Of a DNA stretch of 64,000 nucleotides, positions 1 through 11,757 are shown in pieces (position 1 is the first letter of the stretch; the number at the start of each line of letters is the position of its first letter). Made by a program: the position numbers and the translations under genes. The notes under the pieces were generated by a model. The model ran no database searches, was not told where the DNA came from, and saw only the letters and a program-made list of their open reading frames with translations. This DNA is from Azolla caroliniana. Taxonomy: Eukaryota > Plantae > Polypodiophyta. The stretch covers positions 7,564,001 through 7,628,000 of the forward strand of contig JBHGNT010000017.1 of assembly GCA_043228905.1 (NCBI GenBank). Reading direction: 5' to 3'.

Positions 1-166
1 AAGCTCGAAATTTTAGATCAGCTAGATCGACATTGCTACATCAAGATCGAGTATATAGGAACAATGGGAAAACCACGGTCTAGTAGTTCGACCAACTTCA
101 GTCGGGTCTTCAACTACACCAAGACAACCAAGCTTAAGAGGACACACAATTGTCCTTGAGGGGGCA

Positions 167-598
167 TGTTGAGAATCAAGCTCAACTTGTGTGAACATGT
201 GCTTATGAAGAAAAGGACGATGTGTGAAAAAGTGTGCCGGCACACTTTATTGTAATCCGTGTAGTTGTTGAGAGTTAATGTGGTGAAAGAATATTTGATA
301 TTCTTATGACAAAATCGTACTCAAGTTGATGTCTTGGTTAGATTCCACCAACACATTTAATATGGCAGTCCCTTGAGGACTTATATGTAAACCCCCTTTG
401 CCCATTCTATTTTGTTGATGATCTTTAGTTAATTAATATAGCCCTCTTCAGTGCCTAAGTTGTCATCCCCCTACTGTGTATTTTCTTATTCTTTTCTAGT
501 TATTCTCTCTGATTTGCTTCTCTTGCTTATACACCCACTCTCTCTCTCTCTCACTATGCTTCTGAATACTCAACTCTATTAGAGTTAGACTCTTTACA
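167..598 (+). mobile_element. 3' LTR of an LTR retrotransposon (probably Ty1/copia) entering from the left edge, inserted into the RT of the next copia element
   Basis: PPT-like GAGGGGGCA (158-166) directly precedes TGTTGAGAATCAAGCTCAAC. Ends ...TCTTTACA at 598, where the minus-strand RT (..SWIYLI) breaks off just before the YVDD motif. Same termini as the solo LTR at 18652-19046. Confidence 0.75.
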
Positions 599-1359
599 AT
601 CAGATAGATCCAGGACTCATCCGCTAGTTTCCGAGTGTATAGACATGGGTCGGAGTTGGACTGGTGGTAGCCAAGCTGCTGAATGTAGGAGTCAAACTTT
701 TGGTACCACATCCTCGTCGCTTGTTTTAAGTTGTAAAGGCTTTTCTTCAGTCAACATATGAGATGACCTTCCCCCCTCGTAGCCATGAAGCTTCCCGGTT
801 GAGACATATAGATGTCTTCTTCCAAGCCTCCATGTATGAATGTTGTCTTGACATCTACCTGCTAGAACTCTAGGTCTTTAGTCACCACGACCCCAAATAG
901 AAGTTGGAGGGTAGTCATCTTAACTACTAGTGAGAATATCTCATCATAGTCGACCCCATGTTCTTATTTGAATCCGTTGGTGATGAGCCAAGCTTTATAT
1001 TTGGGCTTCTCCGAATCGGATACATATTTGTATCTAAAGACCCATTTGTAGGGATGCGGCTTCCTTCCAGCTCCCATGTTTGATTATGATGAATCAAGTC
1101 CATCTCGGATTGCATGGCATGTAGCTTTTGGCATGGTTATAGCTTCTTCAAAAGAGCTTGGTTCATCGTGGTTGATAGAACTCTATTGTCCTTCGAACTT
1201 GTCTGGATCTCCTGGGTGCCGATGAGTTCAGTTCGGATTCTTCCATCATCTCTGTTGGTTGATCGGTATTTCTTGAACCATCTTCAGGATTCCTTTTTAT
1301 GACTCGACCCTGTAGTAGGAGTCCTCCCCTTCTTCAGGATTGATTGATGGATTGGCTAC

Positions 1360-1603
1360 TGTTGGCATAAAAGGCTGACTCCTTCCAATTTGTATCTTAG
1401 TGTGAACACGTCCAAATAGTTAGGGCTTAGTATATAAGCAATAACCTAACATTGTAACATCTTCTTCTTGAGGATGATTGTATTCTGAGTCTTTGTGAGT
1501 CCATTAAAGCTTAAGAACGTGTTCATCTTCTTGTCTTCATTTTTCCTGTGTTGTTTGTTGAGTACTTCTAGACAGGTCCTAATACACACTTCTATGCATA
1601 TCT
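1360..1603 (+). mobile_element. LTR related to the host copia's own LTR, inserted in opposite orientation (right end approximate)
   Basis: TGTTGGCATAAAAGGCTGACTCCTTCCA..TTGTATCTTAGTGTGAACACGT is close to the reverse complement of about 4440-4504. TSD not clearly recoverable. Confidence 0.6.
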
Positions 1604-4209
1604 GCTCTTCAGCTTGGGTGATTTGGTCGTTTCGACTCTGTCTCCTTCACCTCTAGTCAATCTCTTAGTCGAATCTGTTTTGACTGGTGAATCTCTTGCT
1701 GATTCGGATTCAGCAAAGGGATTGTTGGCTTGGTTTTCTTCGACTGTTTGTCGACTTTCCAATTCAACCAAGTGGGTCAGTTCGTCTACGACATCTCTGT
1801 CTATTTTGAAGGAAATCTTTTTGACAACCTTTTTCGGTTGGTTTCGTTCAAAGAGAATTGAGCCGTCATTAAAGATTACATCACTACTCCGGATCAATTT
1901 CCAATTCTTTGGATCCCATAGCCTATAGCCGAATTCCCCATCGGTTCCATAACCGAGGAATATGCACTTAGTTGCATGGGGCACCAACTTGGTCCTTTTC
2001 TCCTTGGGGATGAATGCATAGGCTTCGCATCGGAATATATGGAGCTTGTCGTAAGTTTGCTCTTTTCCTAACCATAGTACTTGTTACACTTCGAGTTGGA
2101 TTGCTTTGACACCGTGAGATTTATCAGGTAGGTAACCGTCTACAATGCTTCGGCCCATGGAACCCGTTTCTTTGACATGAAAAGACGATGTCCTAACCAC
2201 TAAACGAAAGGGACTTGGCTTTGAAAACCTGATGAAGACGTGCTTGAATCAACTCTACAACCAGCCAAAATTCCAACTTTAGTATATAGTGTTGGGGCAT
2301 TACCATCACTCTCTCCTGGATCCTCCAGTTGATCTGTTCTACCACGCCATTTTTCATGGGTGTGTAGGGAATGGTCTTTTGGTGCCGGATCCCTTTGTTA
2401 GATAGGTACTGTTTGAAGGCTTGGGAGATGTATTCCCCTTCATTGTCGGATCAGAGTGTCTTCACTATGTATCTTGATCGGTTCTCCACTTCGGCTAACC
2501 ATTGAGTGAAGAACTCGAGCGCTTTGTCTTTCGACGTAATCGAGTAGGCCCAGACTTTCCGTGTACAGTCATCTATGAATGTGATGAAGTACCGGAAGCC
2601 TCCTAGAGATCTCTTGGGCATCGGCCCACAGATGATTGGGATGTCGTACCATCTTGTAGTGAAGAGAGTGTAGACTTCGGGTCTGTTTCCCTTGACAACA
2701 ATGCTCACAAAAGTCTGTCTTGGTCTAAAGCTTTGGGATGTAGCCAATAGCCATCAACTAGTCTAGTCTAGCTTGAGACATATGGCCTAGTGGGCCATGC
2801 AATAGGTTTGAGTCTCGCGATTCGGCTATGTTCATGACCCTTTCTAGACTGATCACCATCAATGGATACAAGTTATTGTACTTGTATCCACATCCAATTC
2901 TCATATTCCCTCGGTTGATCATCCATGATGACTCATTGAGAGTTGTTTTGTACCCAACTTCAACTAGCATGCCGATGGAGACTAGACTCCTCTTTAGCTG
3001 CATGGGTAGATGCTGAACTTGGTGCCATTTTCCAATTGGATGGGGACCTCTCCGATCCCTACGATTGCACACTCTTCCCATTGCCTAGTCGAATTGTGTT
3101 GTTGGCTCCAGCCGAATAGTTTTGAGAACCATTCGATATTTGGGGTCACGGGAAATGTGGCACCGGAGTCTAGTAGCCATGTCTGTGCGTCTTGCGCATC
3201 GTGGAGGACTTCTCCGATCATCGAGTCTTCTAGAGATAGGATTTCTCCTCATCGGGAGTTGATAACACTGATTTGGTTGCTGCTGGAGAAAGGTTTGAGT
3301 CGGATCTTCTTGAGTTCCACGTGAATCATCAACCATTCTCCTTCCTCTTGATGAACCAACAGTCGACAACATTGTGACCAACTTTTCTGTAGTGGATGCA
3401 AAAATTACTTGATTGACTATTCCTCGATTTCTACCGTTCTCGACCTCCCCTCTTTCTTGATCTACTGGAGTTTTGACCAGTTCTCTTGACTTGTTCTCTC
3501 GATCAACTCGATCGAGTGGTGGGCTTCTACCGAGTCATCGATGGTGAGTCCCATTGATTTTCATCGAATATCCTTGGTGAGGACTTGTCCGATCATCTCA
3601 TCTAGATTTAAATTCAGACAAATATTGGCAAAAGTCATCCAGAATACCACCCAACTCACCGGCAAGCTCGAAAGGAGGGCAAGGGGTTCGAAGGTGATCC
3701 CTTGGGAGGAGAGTTAAGATACCATCCGACTAAAGGTGTTGATGTGGAATGTTGTTGGATCTGTCTCTTTCATCTTCATGTTGAATAATTGTCGGATTAG
3801 TATCAACTTTGAAGAGGAGGACTTTTTCTCGTACATAGCCTGTAAATTTTCCCACAAAGAGAATGTTGTTGTTTCCTTGGCCATGCTAAAATAGACGTTC
3901 TCGATCAGATGCATTCGAATGGTCGACTTGGCTATCTTGCATAGTGAGTGCCATTCTTTTGTTGTCATTGAGGCTGGTTTGTTGTTGTGTCATATAGCCT
4001 CAATTTGACATTGTATGATCAGTACACCCTACATCATCTCTTTCCATAGGGCAAAGTTCTTCCCATCGAACTTCCAGATTTCCACATTTGTGCGAAACTG
4101 TGTCACCATTTTCTAGAAAATAGATTTTGTTGACCTGGTCTTTTCTTCTAGCCAGATAGCTTCCCTTCTCAGTATTTTCTGCTCTTTGTGGCCACTACAC
4201 AACGAGGTT

Positions 4210-4221
4210 GCTCTGATACCA
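4210..4221 (-). promoter_or_regulatory. Primer-binding site for initiator tRNA-Met
   Basis: GCTCTGATACCA is the reverse complement of TGGTATCAGAGC, 2 nt from the LTR end. Confidence 0.9.
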
Positions 4222-4789
4222 CTTGTTGATATTGTGGTGGGCAGCGGATGATGATGATGATGACCTACAATAAGATGTGTACATCAAACAACATAGATAT
4301 GGAACAAGAAGAAGAGGAAGAAAGGTAGACGATAGACTCAGTTTAAGCTTCAATGGAAGTTCTTCTCTTATTCTCTTCTCTGTAACTCTTTTCTCTCCGA
4401 GAGTAGATACAATGTTAGCTTTGAGCTTTATTTACTCAAGCCCTAACTTGAAGACACGTTCACACTAAAGATACAAAGTGGAAGGAGTCGGCCTTTTATG
4501 CCAAGTTCACCAATAGCCACCCTTAGAGTATATAAAGAGGACCCCTTCCTCATTTTTTATCATTCCTCGATTTCCTATTTACATACTCTCTCCTCTCACT
4601 CTCCTTAACCTTAGTTAGCTATAAGGAGCTTGTAATAAAATCTTCTTGTAAGCATCATTAAGTATTAATGCTAATTAATTATAGTTTTGGCTTGATATCT
4701 CTTCTCCCCACCGTGTTTTGGGTTCGTTTCAAGACCCCCATGTTTTAGGTTCATCACAATATAGTCATCATGCTTTTGTTGAATGCAAT

Positions 4790-5010
4790 GCTATGGTACT
4801 ATTTGCAAATACTTCAGGAGATGTACAGAAAGCTTGTAAGGGCATTAAAAGAGTTTTGCATACAAAAGCTCTAAAACAAAGATTATTCTTGTGACGAGCA
4901 AAAATAAAGATACACCATGCATTATGTACAATAATCAACCACTTAAAATTGCGAAAAAGCTTTAAATACCTTGGCCTTGAAGTTCCTTTAAATCATAGAT
5001 GGAATCAATG
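4790..5010 (+). mobile_element. Highly decayed non-LTR (LINE) reverse-transcriptase remnant
   Basis: Reads ..MYNNQPLKIAK.. then, after a frameshift, SFKYLGLEVP; FKYLG is the LINE RT C-terminal motif. Confidence 0.45.
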
Positions 5011-6289
5011 TGAGAGCAAAATTATGCATTGGGAGTTGGTTCCACTACTAGAGAGATATGAAGTCATTCCCATGCAAGTGGGTTTTCTGATACCAATAAG
5101 AATATAAACTTGGATCATTGTGGTGTAGAATGGTGTAGCAAAATGGATTAATTGAACGATCCTAAAGAGAATGACAACCATGTTTTAGTGTGTTGAATTA
5201 GATATTGTATTTTGGAAAGAGGTGTTATTAACAATGGTATAAGTCATTAACTTATCACCTTCAAAGCCCATCAAGGTGCAAGTGCCACAAGCACTATGGA
5301 AAGAAGAGAAGCTGAAATACTATCAACTTCGTAGAAACGTATGTATTCTTGTCAAAGAGGTAACGGTAGACACTTGCAATTGCATCTTTCTTAGGGGACC
5401 AATAGGCAATTCATATACCAACTATGGGATTTAGAGCAACAAAAGATAGTTTGAAGAAGCAGCATAGTCTTCAACGAGAACTCAACAAGCTCAACTTGGG
5501 TAAAAGCGTCAATTTTTCCAAAAATGTTGTCACGGACACTCCCCAAGAAAGGAGCATAAAGCCTGAGAGATATAAATATCATCCCACAACTCCTTTATGA
5601 ACATTGCTCTAGCACAATCTTATCCAAATGCAAAGAAGGAAACAACGACAATAAATCTTCGACAACAAAACCCATTTGCTAAGGAGGTCCTAATTTAACC
5701 AATCGAGGTACATGAAGAGAATTGCGATACCTCTTCCCATATATCATATGGTTAGAGATATATCAGCCCAACAAATTGAGCTAAAGAATCCTAACAAACA
5801 CAAACAACGTAAAAAGATCAAAGGCACCTAAGTTTGACATGAATGTAGGAAAACCAACAACATATAGCGAAGCAATGTTGCGAAGATACTCATGTTAGTG
5901 TGAAATATGAGCAAGACCACCAAGGTCTTGAACTAAAGAGGATGGGTTGGCTTGAGTTGTCACATTGATGACTTCACGTTATTCGCCATTACTGGTTTTA
6001 ACGCCCAAGCTCTTTTGGAATTATATGTTTTCTTTTTATCTTTCCTTTGTACCTATGTGCATATTGGAGGGTACACAATTATTATTATTTAATTGCAACT
6101 TTTCAAGATTTTATTACACACTATATTATTTTCTAAATATGATTTCGTGTTCATATGCCTAACATTCAGGCACTACACACATAAATCCTCATCTCTATGT
6201 GGTTTTCTAGTGCGTAAGGCCAAAACACGGCTATAGATCGATGAAGTTCTCTCTATTGTCAATATTGTTGGGCCAAGGGTCTAGACCGG

Positions 6290-6997
6290 TGTCGTGAAGC
6301 ATGTGCTTCACGATTTAAAAATAAGCTTAAATATTATATTTAATAATATTTGAGAGACTTGAACCCACATCCTTATATACCAAGTACAATGTACATACCA
6401 CTAGGGTAGGCTATTTATTTGTAAAAGTTTGCAAAAAAAATGTACTTCATGATATAAGAATGAAGCTATATATTGTATTGAGTAAAATTGAGAGACTTGA
6501 ACTCTCAACCTTGTATACCAAACACAAAGCATACACCACTAAGATGGTTAATTATTTTAAAATACATTTTCATCATTATACTTATCCCATATCTATTTTC
6601 ATACATAGCCATCATGCATCACATGCAATGCATGTGCGCCAAATGACGATCATGCATGCCATGCTCCCATACATTACCATATGCATGGCAACACTTATAT
6701 AAAGAGGGGCAAGGAAACAAGAGGGGATCAAGAGAAAGTGGGAGAAAAGAATCTAAGCAAGTATTGAAGATATCTTATTCGGTGAAGAGCCTCGCGTTTC
6801 AAAGTGGAAGTCGTGGGTTCAAATCAAGGGTCGGCATTAAAAAGATTAATCTTGCGATCAAGGATTGTAAAGTTGGTACAATATTATATTTTTAATATAC
6901 ATCATGTTTATATCATATACTCTTGTTCCTTGAATCATACTTTGTCTCAATCTTCTTTCTAGAATCATACTTTGTCTCAATCTTTTATCTATGCTCG

Positions 6998-7028
<31 letters not shown>

Positions 7029-7165
7029 TTACTCGTAACTCTTCTTCTTACTATCCTCAACCATTCTATCATCACCATACAAGCCTTATTAAAAGTTAAG
7101 TTTCTTCAACTCCCCTTAACCTTAGTCCCTGCGACTTCGCCGCACGAACCACAACTACCCCGACA
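6290..7165 (+). mobile_element. Solo LTR with 4-bp TSD (CCGG)
   Basis: Starts TGTCGTGA, ends CCCCGACA, flanked by CCGG at 6286-6289 and 7166-7169. TATA-like TATATAAAG near 6696. Contains tRNA-like B-box segments. Confidence 0.75.
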
Positions 7166-7369
7166 CCGGCATACACCCTATTGGTAGAGAATTGGGCACT
7201 GGTGGTTGTCTTTCACTCTCAACCTATTAGCTTAATTAACCCTATTGAATAGCTCTTACACTCGCACTCTCACATTTTATTCTCTCTCTCTCAGTAGAAG
7301 TGAGCAATAAAAAAATAAGACAAAGAGATAAGTATCTATCGTAGAAGTGAGCAATAGAAAAATTAGACT

Positions 7370-7760
7370 AATGTGTTGGTATGTGTGGGTTAATTATGAC
7401 AGGAATGAGGGTATGAATTTTAATATTCCATTCTACGGTGTGGGATAACTATTAAGCATGTTATCACTTGAACACTTCAAATACAAGTCAAGTGTGATCA
7501 CACTCGGGCCTAAGGTTTTTGCCTATATAATGAGGTGGGCTACCTTCTTACTAAAGGCAGCTTGACTTATGTTGAGACTATGACAGTGTGGCTATGGCTC
7601 TCATTAACTAAGCATGTGTGATCCTCGAAGGACCCAAGGTACGACTCACATCAACCCTCAGTGGTATGGGACATTGAGGAGGTTCGGGTCCATCTTACGC
7701 CATTGCTCGAAGTGGTTGGGTTGTTTGGCACTGCTCTTTCCCGTCTTTGTTCTATAATTC
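7370..7760 (+). repeat. Dispersed ~400-bp repeat, copy 1 (probable LTR)
   Basis: Aligns by eye with 8333-8769 and 52933-53402 (GGGTTAATTATGA..CCTATATAA..CTCACATCAACCCTCAGTGGTATGGGACA..TTTGGCAC). Confidence 0.7.
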
Positions 7761-8332
7761 CATATGTTTTGCTTAATTAATAATTTAGACTCTAATAGGT
7801 GTGTTGCGAGTTGAGGTATTTGTTGTGAAGGTGGGGATCATGAGCAAGGAGCACGGAGTATAGTGGGTCAAGTGGATGATTGGGAGGATGGTGAGCATAA
7901 TGATGGAGGCACAAATGTTGGATGTTGAGAGGGAAAGCCCAATATATTGCATCTGAGTCTTCGGAAGAACTCTTTGAAGTTGTTTACGAGCCATGTGGAA
8001 ACAACATACCTAGCAAAGAGTAACGGGGTGTTCTATTGAAGTTAATGTAACAGGGTGTCAATGGCGTGTCAATCATTGTTTCCAAATCCTGCTCATAGTT
8101 GACGTGGAGAATACTAATGGAGGTATACACCAATAATTAGTTGAAGCCAAGGTGGTATTTTTGAGGTCAAATGTTAGTGACTGCCATATTGGATGATTAA
8201 ATTGGCAAAATTTATGATCGTCAAATAGGGGTAATTCAAAAATGATCATTTGAAGTTGCAAAATGCGGATTGCTACTTGGATGTAGGGATCTGCGATGTC
8301 AAGGTAGGTATTTGTTATGTGCATCACCATAA

Positions 8333-8769
8333 TTGATCATGATGATGAGATAGGTTTTTGGTAATTTTCCCTAATCTTATGATGAGTTACATGTGGGTTA
8401 ATTATGAAATAAATGAGGGTATGGATTGTAATATTCAATTCTACGTTGTGGGATAATTATTAAGTGTGTTATCACTTGACCACTTCAAATAAGGCAATCA
8501 AGTGTGAACACACAAGGGCCTAGGGTTTGTGCCTATATAAGGAGGATAGCTACATTCTTATCAACGGAGGCTTAACTTATGTTGAGACTATGATAGTGGG
8601 GCAATGACTCTTGTTAGCTAAGCATGTCTCATCAACCCTTGATGGTATGGAACATCGAGGAGGTTGGGGTCCATCTCATGCCATTGCTAGGGGTGGTCCG
8701 ATGGTTTGGCACCCCTCTTTCCTTTCATTGGTCTATAATTTAAAAATAAAAAAATAAAAAAATCCTCCA
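8333..8769 (+). repeat. Dispersed ~400-bp repeat, copy 2 (probable LTR, followed by a degenerate Met PBS)
   Basis: Homologous to 7370-7760 and 52933-53402. Followed by CA-TTGGTATTAAAAG, resembling TGGTATCAGAG. Confidence 0.65.
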
Positions 8770-9099
8770 TTGGTATTAAAAGAGTCCACTATTACAATGA
8801 ATATTCCATGTGAATGTGGTTGCATTACATTTTAGACATGATTTCAACATACATTTCAACATGCATGCATCTAGAAGACACTCACATTTGGCATACATGT
8901 CAACCAACATACTAACAATAAACCTATCATTCTCATATCCTGCCAATAAGATCTACATATATATCTTTTGTCCAATAATAATTGACTTCAAATTGCCACA
9001 AGTTCTCACTATACATGCAAATGTGATAACATCAGGAATTAAACCATCTAACTGAATCTGTGTAAAACAATGTAGCACATTGTTATCTGGCCCAAACTC

Positions 9100-10260
9100 G
9101 GCATATCCTGAAGGACATGTGTTCCACAATTCTAGATCTCAATTTGGCCATGAGTAAAAAATATCTTGTTCCTCTTTTGAAATCTCCATGTGTAATTTTC
9201 AGCTTTTTGGCAAGGTTTTCAAGGTGATGCAAGGTTTTAGGACACTTGCATATATGACAGAATTTGGAGGAACATTGTCTATGATAATTTCATCAAACAT
9301 TTCAAGAGCATTATCATTATAACAATGTAAACCATCTCCTGAAATCAAAATAGTCCATATCACTATGTGTCGAGATTGAAGTTTGCCAAAAACTTCATGT
9401 GCCTCTACAATTGCGGCACATTTACCATACATATACAATAACATACTATCCAAAACCTCATCATTCTCAAACCCTTTGTATGTTATTTTATTGTGCATTT
9501 GTTTTTATTTTTTTAGTTTAGTTTAGTTTTTTCCCCCAATCAAAGAGTTTCCCACAAGCACATTTCCATCAAACCCATCATCAGACCACATTTGATGTAC
9601 ATATCAATAAAAATGTTTCCCATAAACACATTTCCATCAAACCCAACTTCGATGGCCTTTGCATAAAGATATTGTCCCTTGAGAATGTCTGGTTTGCTCT
9701 AACAAGCATGTCTTCACAAAACCCAATCTCCACATAACCTTGATCTTGCATAAGCTGAACATAATTCAATCCTTCCTTATCTTGGCCATTCTCTACATAA
9801 CCTCTAATGAGTGAGGTCCAAAGCACCACATTTGAAAGCTTAAGCTTATCAAAAACCTCTTGTGCTTTTACAAACATCTTTCTTTTCAACTCCTGTTTAA
9901 AATAGTCCAACACTTTGTGGCCTTGACCCTATTTATCATACTCACCAATAAGTGCATTCCAAGAGACTATATCTCTATGCAAATCAAAGCGCCACTGCAT
10001 TTGGAGAGAGACCCTCTTTTTGTATTATTGCAAAGCAATTGAAAGCTTCATAACTTTTTTCCTGGTTAGCATATCCTAAAATTATAGCATTCCATGAAGT
10101 CGTATGTTGGTTGGGAAGTTGTAGTAGCACTTTCTATGCTTCTTACCACATTTTGCATATATCCATACTAAACTACTTCCAAGATGCGTATTCTTTGCGA
10201 GAAAACCTTTGTAGAATATGAGCATGGACCTTGATAACTTCTCGAAAGTCTTTCGTCTTG
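9100..10260 (-). pseudogene. Pentatricopeptide-repeat (PLS-class PPR) pseudogene fragment
   Basis: ORFs 9199-9498 (LLYMYGKCAAIVEAHEVFGKLQSRHIVIWTILISG..NALEMFDEI..PNSVIYASVLKPC) and 9581-9913 (AQEVFDKLKLSNVVLWTSLIRGY) are PPR motifs. Broken by stops and frameshifts; boundaries approximate. Confidence 0.85.
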
Positions 10261-10419
10261 GCCCAAGCCTTGAGATTCCACAAAATCTCAGTTATTTCTT
10301 TTTTTTCAACTACTCATAGACTACCATTGACATACATAACTCCCAAGAATAATTATACATAGCCACATGCCTCATATCGGTGGAGGAAATACCCAGAAAA
10401 GTGGTTGATACCTCCAACG

Positions 10420-11757
10420 TATACAACAATTAACCATGTAGAATACATTCATCCTTTCCCATGTCTTCTTAAAAACCTCTTTCTTTCAAAATTCTCCTTT
10501 TAGTTTATGCACCAAGGTCAACCAAATCTCCTTGACTACATCCACAACATTCCATTGAATTTGTTGAAATATACTTCAACATCTACTCCTCCACAAAACC
10601 CATAATGCTATGGAACTAATAGTCTCCCAAACCACCCCATTCTGTACTGAATTAATAGGCATATACGACGCCATTCCTCAACATATCGATCTCTTATATG
10701 TAATGAAAAGGTAACCTTTTTTTTTGTTCATAATCTTGTACCTCATCCTTAATAACAGCCCACATCACTACCCCACATTTATATATTCTAGAGCCATATA
10801 CCTCATGCAATAGACGTAATATCCTTTACCAAGCCAATTTAGCAGCCATACATGACCAGAATAGGTGATGAAGAGACTCCATCTCTAATCCACAAATATC
10901 ACACATCTTATCCATATCCTTACAATGCATCCAAAACCTAACAAGAACCACATAATGAACAATCAACCATCTAAATAGAATAATCTTCTTTGGAATTTGC
11001 TTTACCCATAGCCATTTCCAAAATGTTGTCATACGAGTAGGATCACCATTATAACTCAACAATGTTGTAGCTACTGTCCGCCAATGAGGTATCCTATGTC
11101 GTAACATCTCCCTTCCCAATCGAACCGAATATTTAAAAAATGAAGTAGGCCTAACATCCTCCCCAATTTATGATGTAGGTAACCACATCCATTCCCTAGA
11201 TCCCATTCCAATTCACATAATGGTTTTTTGCCCACTACCCATAGATCCCACCATGGATGAACAACATTAGGATTAGGGTCTAGGATCCAAATATTATCTA
11301 CTTTAGCTAGAATTCTAATGGGTTTTAATGTAATAGTAGCCTCGGCGAGACATTCATCTTCTAGGGGGATCAACCCTAATCATCCATCCTATAGAACATC
11401 ATATCTCCAATGCCATAGACTCCAAGTAAAATTTGAAAATTCGAAAATAATATCACCCACTTTTGACAATTAGAATGTATATTTACCATCAAGGGTAACT
11501 GCAATTTCCTTGACTCATCAATTACCATCTTTCCTCCACTTATTCCTCTATATTCTTGTTGCATAATATCAATAGGATTGTGAACAAAGCGTTGCCACTT
11601 ACTAAGAGATCAGGCAAAAGATCAGGCAAAAGATCAATCCATTTGAGTCCAATTTAATCTCAGTCTCCTCCCGAACATAGATCCTTCATCATCTAGAAGT
11701 AAAGGATTCCAAACCAAGGGTTGATGTAACCATTCATCCATCGAAGTGGGCCAGACT
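10420..11757 (-). mobile_element. L1-type LINE ORF2 3' fragment (zf-RVT)
   Basis: FWKWLWVKQIPKKIILFRWLIVH..CDICGLEMESLHHLFWSC is the zf-RVT motif. Degenerate; boundaries approximate. Confidence 0.8.

Larger units (their letters stand above)
599..4504 (-). mobile_element. Degenerate Ty1/copia retrotransposon (gag, PR, INT, 5' part of RT, 5' LTR)
   Basis: Minus-strand fragments: gag (AKSTIRMHL..SLWENLQAMYE), protease (WLLDSGAT), integrase (YFITFIDDCTRKVWAY; KCIFLGYG..GYRLWD), RT (WYQKFDSY..SDPCLY). Met-i PBS at 4210-4221; LTR about 4224-4504. Many stops and frameshifts. Confidence 0.9.

Noticed and set aside
5100-6280. Possible decayed coding sequence
   Set aside because: No translatable motif I can recognise.
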